From Oscillospiraceae bacterium (GTDB taxonomy: Bacteria; Bacillota; Clostridia; Oscillospirales; CAG-272), in the NCBI GenBank assembly GCA_009788105.1, contig WQSD01000001.1:1-25956 (forward strand): 25,956 nt of DNA, written 5' to 3'. The notes under the pieces were generated by a model, which saw nothing but the letters and a program-made list of their open reading frames with translations, was not told the DNA's origin and ran no database searches. Shown here piece by piece: positions 1 through 8,886 of the stretch. Position numbers and translations under genes: made by a program. How positions within the stretch are numbered: the stretch's first letter is position 1; every line of letters begins with the position of its first letter.

Positions 1-2
1 CC

Positions 3-188
3 CGCCGTGGGCTTGCCCGCATGAGCGCGCAGGCAGTGGGCGGTGCGGTAGGCGCGAACCCAATATCAATCATCGTCCCCTGCCACCGCGTGCTGGGGAG
101 CGACGGCAGTCTGACCGGATACGGCGGCGGACTTGATGCGAAGATATGGATGTTGGAGTTGGAGAAAATAAAATTTGAACGTCTATAG
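3..188 (+). CDS. ogt: 3' part of methylated-DNA--protein-cysteine methyltransferase (truncated by window start)
   Basis: Manual translation: ...AVGGAVGANPISIIVPCHRVLGSDGSLTGYGGGLDAKIWMLELE...ERL*. Contains the PCHRV active-site motif. TAG at 186-188. Confidence 0.93.
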   Translation, partial: RRGLARMSAQAVGGAVGANPISIIVPCHRVLGSDGSLTGYGGGLDAKIWMLELEKIKFERL

Positions 189-238
189 ACAAAACACCCC
201 CCGACGGCGAAAGCGTAATATCCTAAACGAAGAAATCC
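189..238 (+). repeat. Left terminal inverted repeat / attL candidate
   Basis: ACAAAACACCCCCCGAC (189-205) is the exact reverse complement of 11286-11302. AACGAAGAAATCC (226-238) is the exact reverse complement of 11256-11268. Confidence 0.85.
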
Positions 239-262
239 AAAACCGAATAGGATACAAATAAT

Positions 263-295
263 CAAAACCGCTCATTTGCAAAAGGAGCGGTTTTG
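263..295 (-). terminator. Intrinsic terminator of cargo operon
   Basis: 11-bp stem CAAAACCGCTC / GAGCGGTTTTG just past the permease stop, with T-rich flanks. Confidence 0.7.
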
Positions 296-311
296 TTATA
301 TTCAAATGCTT

Positions 312-2345
312 TCACCCCAACAGCACCAAGGGTAACACAAACACCCCAACACTCACCACAAGTCCGAACACCGCGCCTCGCTTGCTTATGGCGTACACCA
401 ACCCACAAATCGCATACACCGCCACCAATCTCACGGCGTAAAATACCGCCAGCACAGCCCACAGTGGCATTGCGTTCCCTGCAAATTCGGGGATAGACAG
501 TGCCGCTGCACTCCAGCTATCAAGACCGAACAGTTGCACCGCCCGCCACAAAGTGGGAGCGAATGCAATCACATAGGCAATGCTCCCCGCACCAAACAGG
601 GTCAGCAGTTTCGTTCTTGTAAGCCTAACCTGTCCGTGTTTGGTGGAGCGAACAAGAGCCACAAAAGTTTGTTCCCGCACTGCAATGGCAAGCAAAATCA
701 GCACCATGGCAAGGATAACGGCGTTCACCAAATTCTCGCCTTCGTCCATGGCGAACAGCCAGCCTGTTTCATACACAAGCTCCCCGCCATCTTGGGTGTC
801 AAGGTATGCCAGTCGCTCCGCAAGTCGGCGTATCGCCACCGCGCGTGGGGAGTGGCTGTACCCGTGAAGCTCCAGTTCCTGCGCTACCCACTCCTGCCGC
901 TCCTCCGTTTCAAGCCCCTGCGCATAGGCGACAACCGCCCGAAATTCCCCCTCCTCCGGGGCGATTCGTGGGCGGATATAGTGGAATCTTGCCCCCTGCA
1001 CAAGCATCATTCCGCATAGCAGCACCACTGCACCTGCTCCAATGTACAGCCGCCAGTTCTCGTGAATGAAAAGCCGTGTGCTGAATTTTCGGGGCTTGCT
1101 TTTCGAGGAAAACAGGGCGAATTTCACCGATTTTGCTTCTGATACAGGCTTTGCCACAAGTAAAATTGCCAACAAAACCGCCAACACAGCCATAGTTCCG
1201 ACCATAGATGCAAGCAAATTTACCGGCTGTCCGAAAAGATTCAAGTTCACATATGACACCAGCAAATTCGTCGGCGAAAGCAAGGTGTACGGATTCACAT
1301 ATTTGAAAATGTTCAGGTAAGAATATGACGCGATTGCGGCGTGCAAAAGCGTTCCTGTGGCAAGGAAAAGACTTGCTATCGCAACCAAACTGCCGACATT
1401 TTTCACCTTGCGGCAGATGAAAAACAAGAGCAGCCCCCAACATAAATACGCTCCGAATCGCAGGGCAAACAAACCGAGAATCGTCCCGCCAACCGAGATA
1501 ATATACGGTGCGCCCAAAAATACCGATTGAATCGGTCGGGAAAGGTCGCCAAGACCATAGTGAATGCTTGCTGTGCCAATGGCCACAAGGGTTAGGGTTG
1601 CAGACAAAAGCAAGGCAAAAAACGCCGTCAGCTTAACTTTTGCCACGGTAAGAGTTCGCTGTCCCAATTTAGCCGAGTTCAGCAACTTCGCAGACGGTTT
1701 TTCGCTTAGCACCAGCACCGCCATGAACACCACAAGCCCAATCAGCCCAAGCCAGTCCACCCCAAAGCCACCGAAAATCATCTGTGCTCCGGACGCCACA
1801 TCAAAGGTTGGCGTGACCTGGTAAAGTCGAGCGAAATCTTCTGCTGTTCGCTGAACATTCCGCAGTCCAAAGCCATCTTCTATGCCAAAGATTGACCCTG
1901 CCTGCAAATTTTCCGCCCGCTCTTGCACTCTGTCAAGAAAATCGCTGTAAGTGTTCACCTCGTCCAATTGGCGGAGCAAAAATCGCAGTAACTGCTGCTC
2001 TGCGAACAACTCCCCTGTGAAGTGAGTAAGCTCCCATTCTTCGTAAACAAGCTGCCTGTCATCATCTTCGCCAACCCAGCCCCAGCCTGCCCAAATCCGT
2101 GCAGAAACCGCATCATATCGCCGCTGGAGTGTTTCGCCTATGTTGGGGTCATCACCAATTTCACGCCACGCCGCCCTGTAGCTGGCGGCAGTAAACCCGC
2201 CACGCCCCCAGTCGTCGTCAAAGCGGGACTGCTCCCCCAAAATCAGCAAAACAGGAGCAACCACCGCCAAAATCACAATCACAGCGAAAGCCACCCGCAC
2301 ACGCTTCCACTCTGCGATTAAAACATCAATATATTCCCTCATCAT
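312..2345 (-). CDS. Large ABC transporter permease (677 aa, multi-TM)
   Basis: Two clusters of hydrophobic helices separated by soluble loops. ATGA overlap with the upstream ABC ATPase stop. Confidence 0.8.
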   Translation of the reverse strand: MMREYIDVLIAEWKRVRVAFAVIVILAVVAPVLLILGEQSRFDDDWGRGGFTAASYRAAWREIGDDPNIGETLQRRYDAVSARIWAGWGWVGEDDDRQLVYEEWELTHFTGELFAEQQLLRFLLRQLDEVNTYSDFLDRVQERAENLQAGSIFGIEDGFGLRNVQRTAEDFARLYQVTPTFDVASGAQMIFGGFGVDWLGLIGLVVFMAVLVLSEKPSAKLLNSAKLGQRTLTVAKVKLTAFFALLLSATLTLVAIGTASIHYGLGDLSRPIQSVFLGAPYIISVGGTILGLFALRFGAYLCWGLLLFFICRKVKNVGSLVAIASLFLATGTLLHAAIASYSYLNIFKYVNPYTLLSPTNLLVSYVNLNLFGQPVNLLASMVGTMAVLAVLLAILLVAKPVSEAKSVKFALFSSKSKPRKFSTRLFIHENWRLYIGAGAVVLLCGMMLVQGARFHYIRPRIAPEEGEFRAVVAYAQGLETEERQEWVAQELELHGYSHSPRAVAIRRLAERLAYLDTQDGGELVYETGWLFAMDEGENLVNAVILAMVLILLAIAVREQTFVALVRSTKHGQVRLTRTKLLTLFGAGSIAYVIAFAPTLWRAVQLFGLDSWSAAALSIPEFAGNAMPLWAVLAVFYAVRLVAVYAICGLVYAISKRGAVFGLVVSVGVFVLPLVLLG

Positions 2346-3196
2346 ATGTCACCCAAGAGATATAAGTACATATCTTCAAGGCAGGGAGCGACCGCCACGC
2401 CGCCCTCCACGGGGCTATCCGACACGATGCGCAGGTGGATTCCGTCCTTCTGCTGGGTGATGTTCACCACCCTGTGGCACTGCGACATTGCCTCCACCTG
2501 CTCGCCCCGAACGACCACATCCCAAACCAAGCCTTCCATTTTGGCGTAAAGCTCCTCCACCCCGCCGCTTTCCACCAGCACGCCTTTGTTCATGAATAGC
2601 ACCTGCTGGGCGATAAGCTCCACATCTGACACAATGTGGGTGGCAATCAGCACAATGCGATTCAGCCCCACTTTCGCAATCAAATTCCGTATCCGCACCC
2701 GCTCTTTCGGGTCTAATCCTGCCGTCGGCTCGTCGAGAATGACCAACTTCGGGTCGCCCAACAGCGCCTGTGCTATCAGCACCCGTTGTTTCATCCCGCC
2801 GGACAACGCACCTAATCGCTTCTTCCGGTGCTCCCCCAAATTGCACAGTTCTATCAGCTGATTTATCTGCCCCTCCGGCTTCTCCAAGCCCTTTAAGGCG
2901 GCAATGTAGTACAAAAATCGCTCCACCGAAAATCGCGGATACATCTGCTGTTGCTGTGGCATATACCCAAGAATTTCACGGAACGCACCCCCAAGAGATG
3001 CCGCCTCCGCCCCATCCCAAAGAACCTTGCCGCTATCTGCTGCAAGGTTTTGAGTGATGATGTTGATTAGCGTGGACTTTCCCGCTCCGTTCGGTCCAAG
3101 GATAGCATACACCCCGCACTCTGCCGTAAAACAGAACCCGTCCAACGCACGGAGTGTGCCGTAGTTTTTCGTTAAGCCTGTGATTTCAAGTTTCAT
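2342..3196 (-). CDS. ABC transporter ATP-binding protein (exporter type)
   Basis: Walker A GPNGAGKST, signature LSGGMKQR, Walker B ILDEPTAGLD, H-loop ATH. ATG at 3196 with upstream AGGA preferred over TTG at 3202. Confidence 0.95.
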   Translation of the reverse strand: MKLEITGLTKNYGTLRALDGFCFTAECGVYAILGPNGAGKSTLINIITQNLAADSGKVLWDGAEAASLGGAFREILGYMPQQQQMYPRFSVERFLYYIAALKGLEKPEGQINQLIELCNLGEHRKKRLGALSGGMKQRVLIAQALLGDPKLVILDEPTAGLDPKERVRIRNLIAKVGLNRIVLIATHIVSDVELIAQQVLFMNKGVLVESGGVEELYAKMEGLVWDVVVRGEQVEAMSQCHRVVNITQQKDGIHLRIVSDSPVEGGVAVAPCLEDMYLYLLGDI

Positions 3197-3204
3197 ATAC
3201 AATC

Positions 3205-4779
3205 CTACCTATTCACCGGAGAATGCAGCACATACCACTCGTCAAACTGTCGCTGCACCTCTTCCACAAGTTCCATTATCCCTGCCGCACGCAGGTCGGC
3301 GTTCAGACTGGCAAGGGTTTCACGCCAGTTGGGGTCTGTGCCAGCAATTAAATCAGTATTCGTATATCCAGCTCGCCAAGACAGCCCGTCAGCGGTTTCT
3401 TCCCAGTCATGTAATCGCCTGCTATAGCTGAATTCAATCTTATAAAGTTGTACTATCAATTCTTCCCATCCTCTTCTATCAAAGCGAAAACCTGTGTGCG
3501 GTGCAGGTTCTAAAACATCGTAATGACGTCTGCGTTGTTCGATGACAACACGCTGGTCCGCTCCCCAAGCGTTTGGTGCTGCAGCAATTAAGGTTGTGCC
3601 GAAAAACAAGTTATAAAACGTCAAAAAATACCCGTTTTCAAATTCATCATCCTCGCAGTATCTCAAGTAATCAAATGCTAATCCATTATCATATTTCATA
3701 TGTACGCCTTCCACACCATATGTAAATAAATTGGCAAATTCTCGGTCTGTGCGTAGCCAAACCATCAATTGCAAAATTTCTTCGACAAACTCAGAATCAG
3801 GGTTAATCACCACCGCTGAAGTTTCCGTTGCAACTGTTTCAAAGTCAGACACAAAAACTAACATATTTTCTTCGCTCTGCCACAATTTGTACTCGTACTC
3901 AATATGATTGAATTGGATACTCGGTGGTACCCATGGCTGTCTAAACATATCGTGACCTTCCATCAACGATATTCCTTCAAAATATCTTGCAACAAGATAC
4001 TCTTCATAAAATTGAAGTATTTCTCCGTTTGAAATAGCAATGCCAGGTAAAATATTTATCATATCGAAAAAATGCGGATGCACCCACCGGCTATCAAAGG
4101 TTATATCATGGTTTTCAAATACTTTTGCAACATCTACAAGGTTGTTTGTTAGCAAAGAAGTATCAATTTGCTCTGCTAATTCTCTGCATATGATAAATCC
4201 TGCTCCAATATTCATTGGATTACCAACGGGAAAACCATGTATTTCGCCGCCTATTCGCATAGCATCCCAAACCACAGGGGGGAATGTTTCATATATCACT
4301 CTTCCATCTTCACTTTGCAAAAAATCGCATAAAGCAAGTGTTAATCCTGCTTGATACATTTGAAAATAAGCATCTGATGCTGCCGTCGCCATAGAATCAG
4401 TATTCCTACTGAAGACAGTAATTATATCAATTTGGTGTCCTTCGTCGATTACATCTATTAAAACATCAGTATACCAAGGGTGTAAGTTCATTTCTCTGGT
4501 GAAATATGTATAGTTATCGCTTGACCCAATTGTTACAAAGTGCACCCGAAAATCGCCGCCCCTTTCACGAATGGCGCGAACTACCGCTTGTTCCCATTCC
4601 TCAATTAAAGGATACCCCGGCCACATGAAATTTTGTTCAGTAAATGTTAGGTCTGGAAGCGCCCATACAATGGTGGTTTCGGGCATATTGGAAGTATTAC
4701 AAGCCGGCAAAAATAGTGTAGTGGGAATAATTAAAATAAGTAATGCAATAGTGAGCAAAAGTGCAACTTTGTTTTTCAT
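3205..4779 (-). CDS. Acidic lipoprotein, solute-binding-protein-like with DUF3502-like C terminus (524 aa)
   Basis: Signal peptide ending in lipobox LPAC. C-terminal LRAAGIMELVEEVQRQFDEW resembles DUF3502 ends. RBS GAGG upstream. Confidence 0.65.
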   Translation of the reverse strand: MKNKVALLLTIALLILIIPTTLFLPACNTSNMPETTIVWALPDLTFTEQNFMWPGYPLIEEWEQAVVRAIRERGGDFRVHFVTIGSSDNYTYFTREMNLHPWYTDVLIDVIDEGHQIDIITVFSRNTDSMATAASDAYFQMYQAGLTLALCDFLQSEDGRVIYETFPPVVWDAMRIGGEIHGFPVGNPMNIGAGFIICRELAEQIDTSLLTNNLVDVAKVFENHDITFDSRWVHPHFFDMINILPGIAISNGEILQFYEEYLVARYFEGISLMEGHDMFRQPWVPPSIQFNHIEYEYKLWQSEENMLVFVSDFETVATETSAVVINPDSEFVEEILQLMVWLRTDREFANLFTYGVEGVHMKYDNGLAFDYLRYCEDDEFENGYFLTFYNLFFGTTLIAAAPNAWGADQRVVIEQRRRHYDVLEPAPHTGFRFDRRGWEELIVQLYKIEFSYSRRLHDWEETADGLSWRAGYTNTDLIAGTDPNWRETLASLNADLRAAGIMELVEEVQRQFDEWYVLHSPVNR

Positions 4780-4830
4780 AGTAAATACCTCTTTTGGTGT
4801 GTTATGTTAATACCTGCATAACGACACATA

Positions 4831-4855
4831 TCCAACGCCGAAAATCGGCGTTGGA
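4831..4855. promoter_or_regulatory. Intergenic perfect hairpin inside cargo operon
   Basis: TCCAACGCCG-AAAAT-CGGCGTTGGA, 10-bp stem without a U-tract. A 16-bp palindrome AAGGCTAATTAGCCTT lies at 4879-4894. Confidence 0.55.
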
Positions 4856-4905
4856 CGGTGCGTTTTTGTCGTAAATGTAAGGCTAATTAGCCTTGTGTGG
4901 TAGAA

Positions 4906-5403
4906 CTAACGCCAAACTCTAACGGTGTGTGCACGTTCTAACTGTGCACTTCTATGACCATTAAATCGAGGGCAGAAAACTACCCCATTTGGGTTGCGCA
5001 TATTGATTTCAAAAACCTGGAATTGGTTAGTTGCACCTGCAGCACTAATCATATATGCTCTGTTACGATTAACTTCACGAAAATGCCAGCCTTGGATATT
5101 CGTATTGAAGAATGCGGTATAATTCATATTAGCAGTTCTTCTTGTATTGCCGTTTTGCATATACGCCGTCACTGGGAAGTCAATCCGAGTGATTGACGCA
5201 CCACGATTAGCATCAATGCGGACACGCGCAACAGTAAGGTTTGAACTACTAACAGAAGCATGAGCTTCATAAGTGGCATTGTTGCCAAGGGTGAAAATCC
5301 TTTCGGTTTGAGTTTGTCTCGCACCGACAGCAAGCGTCCCAAGCAACATAACAAGTGCAAGGGATAGAACAAAAGATAGGTAGAACTTTCTTTTTTTGGT
5401 CAT
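4906..5403 (-). CDS. Small secreted cationic protein (165 aa, Sec signal peptide)
   Basis: AGGAGG 8 nt upstream of the ATG at 5403. Signal peptide MTKKRKF...LAVGA. Predicted mature 137 aa with 17 Arg, 0 Lys, 7 Asp/Glu. Confidence 0.8.
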   Translation of the reverse strand: MTKKRKFYLSFVLSLALVMLLGTLAVGARQTQTERIFTLGNNATYEAHASVSSSNLTVARVRIDANRGASITRIDFPVTAYMQNGNTRRTANMNYTAFFNTNIQGWHFREVNRNRAYMISAAGATNQFQVFEINMRNPNGVVFCPRFNGHRSAQLERAHTVRVWR

Positions 5404-5473
5404 GGTTATGACCTCCTTAGTTTTATTGAGCTTGCTTTGCAAGCCCTGTTTTTTGTGTTTTTTACGACAAAAA

Positions 5474-6751
5474 CTAATTTAATGTTCGCCAATGGGGCGA
5501 GTGATAGACAGTACGCATTTCTCTTATACCGGAATTGAACAAGTCTGCCATTGTCACGAAATGGGAAAGATTTCGCAATTGTATAGTTGCATCATATGGA
5601 TTAAACTCGTGGAAAATCACAATATCCATAGTTGGCATCATCATTGGTCGAAACCTATCCCAGTTGTTATTAGGAAGCCGTTCACTTAATTCTGGTATGG
5701 GTCTGGCAACATTTGTAAGCAAACAAAAAACTTCGTAGTGATAAAAAAACCACAAAAACATATAATCGCCATATGCTCTTGGGAAAGCGTTGTTAAAGTC
5801 AAATTCGCGCAAAACTTCACCGGTGTCAAGGTGGTGCAGTGCGTAACTTGTAATAAAACCACTTTCTGTTGTTGTATTAGTTAATACTATCACGCCATGT
5901 TCAGTAATTTCAAAACCCAATATTTGCATTCTGTCCGGATAAAATCCAACATATTCCGTGAAATTTGGATGCCAATCGGTAATATTTTGGCTTTGAAAAT
6001 TGGCAACATGGATAGATATTCGCATATATTGTTGCAAATAATGTTGACTTTCCCAATCAATGGCATTTATTAACATTTCGTCCGTAAAAGGAATGGTGGT
6101 GTATGTATGGGCAAAAAACATTTTGCCGTCTGCCATGCCCAAAAAATGGACACTGTTGCCATAACCCAATTGATCAATATAAACCTCCCACATTTCTCCG
6201 GTTCTTAGGTCAATGACGGCGTAAAAAAGTGTTGGATAATTTGAAACACTGTTGCCGATGCCCAAAATATAGTACCCGCCAATCATTTGGGAGGTCCACG
6301 CACGAATAGGTGTGGCGCTTTCAATTCGTGCAATGCTGCGTAAATTCCCGCCGGTGAAGGTGGACTCGAAAATATCGATGATATGGCGATATTCGCTGGT
6401 GGGGTCGTAACTTGCCGACGTGAAGAAAATATGCTCTCCCATAATGGCAAAATGGTTGGCATGGTAGGTTGCCACAAGGTCAAAAGCGAAGCAATCGCGG
6501 CTGTTGTGACGGCATTGCGGGCGGGAGCAAAACACGCTTTCCCGCGCAGACATAAAGTCGGCAAATGCGATGACGGCGTTCCCGCCGTACTGGGTCATTC
6601 CGAACATTCCTCGTGTTGTGACCGAGTTGTGCGCCGCGTCCTCCCCTGTCCATTCTCGCACTGTTGGGCGAGTGAGGAGAAAGACTGATACAGCAATGAT
6701 AACGGCGACTGCGAGAAGAGCAATTGTTATAGTAATATGTTGTTTTTTCAT
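5474..6751 (-). CDS. N-terminally membrane-anchored extracellular protein (425 aa) with CxxxxCxHxxxxC motif
   Basis: Single N-terminal hydrophobic helix. FCSRPQCRHNSRDCFA motif. Beta-rich pattern, possibly a propeller (inferred). RBS GAGGT. Confidence 0.7.
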   Translation of the reverse strand: MKKQHITITIALLAVAVIIAVSVFLLTRPTVREWTGEDAAHNSVTTRGMFGMTQYGGNAVIAFADFMSARESVFCSRPQCRHNSRDCFAFDLVATYHANHFAIMGEHIFFTSASYDPTSEYRHIIDIFESTFTGGNLRSIARIESATPIRAWTSQMIGGYYILGIGNSVSNYPTLFYAVIDLRTGEMWEVYIDQLGYGNSVHFLGMADGKMFFAHTYTTIPFTDEMLINAIDWESQHYLQQYMRISIHVANFQSQNITDWHPNFTEYVGFYPDRMQILGFEITEHGVIVLTNTTTESGFITSYALHHLDTGEVLREFDFNNAFPRAYGDYMFLWFFYHYEVFCLLTNVARPIPELSERLPNNNWDRFRPMMMPTMDIVIFHEFNPYDATIQLRNLSHFVTMADLFNSGIREMRTVYHSPHWRTLN

Positions 6752-6894
6752 GGTGAATACCTCGTGTGTTTTATTGGAATTTGTGAAGAAAACGACACAA
6801 AATAGCTAAAAAATACATAGCTATCACGTGTCGTTGATATTATTGCCCGCAACAAAAGCTCCGCCATTTTTCACGGCAGATGGTGTGGACGCGC

Positions 6895-6917
6895 ATGTAT
6901 GTATGTATGTATGTATG
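6895..6917. repeat. (ATGT)5-ATG tetranucleotide microsatellite
   Basis: Read directly. Lies between the cargo promoter and the first cargo gene. Confidence 0.9.
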
Positions 6918-7025
6918 GGCGGGCTGTTCCAATGTATTCCATTTATACGCACTCCTTGGTGAGTTTTGTTTGAAATTACTGGTATTATTTTCATAAATAA
7001 ATGAGATAATTTACCTAACAATCAA

Positions 7026-7054
7026 ATTATAGCACACATATTTTCCTTTGTCAA
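7026..7054 (-). promoter_or_regulatory. Consensus sigma-A promoter of cargo operon
   Basis: Minus strand TTGACA-17 nt-TATAAT with an extended -10 TG. Confidence 0.85.
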
Positions 7055-7226
7055 GGCATTTTTCGAAGAAAATTTATATTTTTAGCTATATTTAGACATA
7101 ATTTTCGGATTTTGTTGATATATAGGCACTTTAGAGCAACAAAAAATGAAAAGAGCGAGATTTTTCTTATTTCAATCTCAAAAGAAAATATTTTTTCAAA
7201 AAAGACAAAAATATTTGGTTTACCTA

Positions 7227-7255
7227 TTGACAAGCCAGAAAAGATGTGATATACT
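7227..7255 (+). promoter_or_regulatory. Sigma-A promoter of ATPase gene
   Basis: TTGACA-17 nt-TATACT with an extended -10 TG. Confidence 0.8.
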
Positions 7256-7412
7256 TGCAGAAAGAACAATTGTTTCTTTTTGTATCAGTTATAACAACAA
7301 AATATCGTTGCCAGTCAGCAACAACCAATGAAAATCGCTCACGCCTTTTTGCCTTCATGGACGAATGAATCGCCCAATCGGCAAACTCGGCACTTACTAA
7401 AAGCAAAAAATC

Positions 7413-7494
7413 AAGCTCATTGATACATAACAAGTTTAGCGAGAACTTAGACTGCACTCGCTTGTTTTGTTATGCATCAATGAGCTTTTTTATT
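7413..7494 (+). terminator. Long hairpin plus U-tract in leader of ATPase gene (attenuator candidate)
   Basis: 7413-7433 and 7467-7487 are 20/21 complementary. Inner stem AGCGAG/CTCGCT. Followed by a T-rich tract. Confidence 0.6.
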
Positions 7495-7522
7495 TGATCA
7501 AAAACCAGAAACGAGGAAACAC

Positions 7523-8479
7523 ATGAAGAAAGAAACAAGACTAATCAGCATGGACGAAATCATCAGTAAGGAGATAGACTGGCTGTGGCATCCGTACATT
7601 CCGTTTGGCAAGGTCACAATTTTGCAGGGCGACCCAGGGGAGGGCAAGACCTCATTTGCGTTGGCACTAATGGCTTTGCTCACCACAGGCTCTCCGCTAC
7701 CACAACATAATCTCGCAAGAAAACCCATCAACGTCATCTTCCAAACAGCGGAGGACGGCTTGGCAGACACCATCAAACCTCGGCTGGAATCCTACGGAGC
7801 AGATTGCAGTCGGGTGTTGGTCATAGACGAAGCTGAAAGTGGGCTAACCTTGTCAGACGAGCGGTTGGAGGACGCCGTGGTTCGGTCAAACGCACGACTT
7901 GTTGTGTTAGACCCGATACAGGCGTACCTTGGCAGCGGCGTAGATATGCACAGAGCAAACGAAGTGCGACCATTGTTCAAACAACTGTGTAGCATGGCAG
8001 AGCGAACAGGCTGTGCCGTCATTCTAATCGGCCACATGAACAAGGACAGGGGCGGAAAGGCGTTGTATCGTGGGCTTGGGTCGATAGATTTTAGTGCGGC
8101 GGTGCGTAGTATTCTTGTGGTGGGCAGGTCGAGAGAAGAGCCAAGTCTGCGAATTGCCGCCCACGCCAAAAGCAATCTCGCTCCAGAGGGCAAGTCTATT
8201 GCGTTTGAGCTTGGAGAAAACTGCACATTCAACTGGCATGGATATTGTGACACCACAGTTGATGAGTTGCTATCGGGAACTGCTTCTGTGCAAACAAAGA
8301 CTGCACAAATGGAGCAGGAACTGCGAAAAATTTTAGTAAACCCCATGCCCGCACACGAAGTCTACAAACACGCAAAAAGCCTTGGTATATCTGAACGAAC
8401 GCTGAAAACCGCTAAGAGCAATCTTCGGGTGAAGTCTTTCAAGTTGAAAGGGCAATGGATGTGGTGTTTGGCGAGTTAG
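7523..8479 (+). CDS. AAA family ATPase (AAA_25 / RepA-helicase-like, 318 aa)
   Basis: Walker A GDPGEGKT, Walker B LVVLDP, ILIGHMNK motif. RBS GAGGA. This type is common in Firmicute mobilizable elements. Confidence 0.8.
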   Translation: MKKETRLISMDEIISKEIDWLWHPYIPFGKVTILQGDPGEGKTSFALALMALLTTGSPLPQHNLARKPINVIFQTAEDGLADTIKPRLESYGADCSRVLVIDEAESGLTLSDERLEDAVVRSNARLVVLDPIQAYLGSGVDMHRANEVRPLFKQLCSMAERTGCAVILIGHMNKDRGGKALYRGLGSIDFSAAVRSILVVGRSREEPSLRIAAHAKSNLAPEGKSIAFELGENCTFNWHGYCDTTVDELLSGTASVQTKTAQMEQELRKILVNPMPAHEVYKHAKSLGISERTLKTAKSNLRVKSFKLKGQWMWCLAS

Positions 8480-8826
8480 GATTTCACGACAACAGTACCG
8501 TTCGTGGTCGCTCACGCTTCGACGGCTGATTTTTCGCCTGCGTGGCAAGTGAATTGCCACTACAGCGAAAAATCATCACCTCAGCGCTTACAACCCAAGG
8601 GTGTAAGAGTGTAAAGATTATAGAAGTCTGCCTCCTTGCCTTCTTGAATTCACGGAAAACAGAGCCAAAATAACGCCCGTTGTTAGAGTATTTATACCAA
8701 CGGCATATCGTTGCACCAACAAGACATAACTACCCCGCTGTTGGGCGAAAATTGCCCACTTGTAGGGTTAGCATTTTTAGCAGATATGAGTGCAGTTTTG
8801 CCCTGTCGAAAAAGTAGCAGGTTAAA

Positions 8827-8886
8827 GCCTGTGGGTCAAAACAACCCCCACAGGCGGTTCACAGCGGACGGCAACGCCGACCGCTG
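8827..8886. other. GC-rich hairpin pair in element non-coding region (origin/oriT candidate)
   Basis: GCCTGTGGG/CCCACAGGC 9-bp stem (8827-8855), then CAGCGG...CCGCTG with inner CGGC/GCCG. Confidence 0.35.

Noticed and set aside
189-255. Possible c-di-GMP-I riboswitch (GAAA loop, CCTAA)
   Set aside because: Lacks the GGCAAACC / GGACGCAAAG core. Better explained as the terminal repeat of the element.
7051-7457. Short ORFs in the AT-rich divergent promoter region
   Set aside because: They overlap two consensus promoters and the leader hairpin, with no RBS or recognisable domain.
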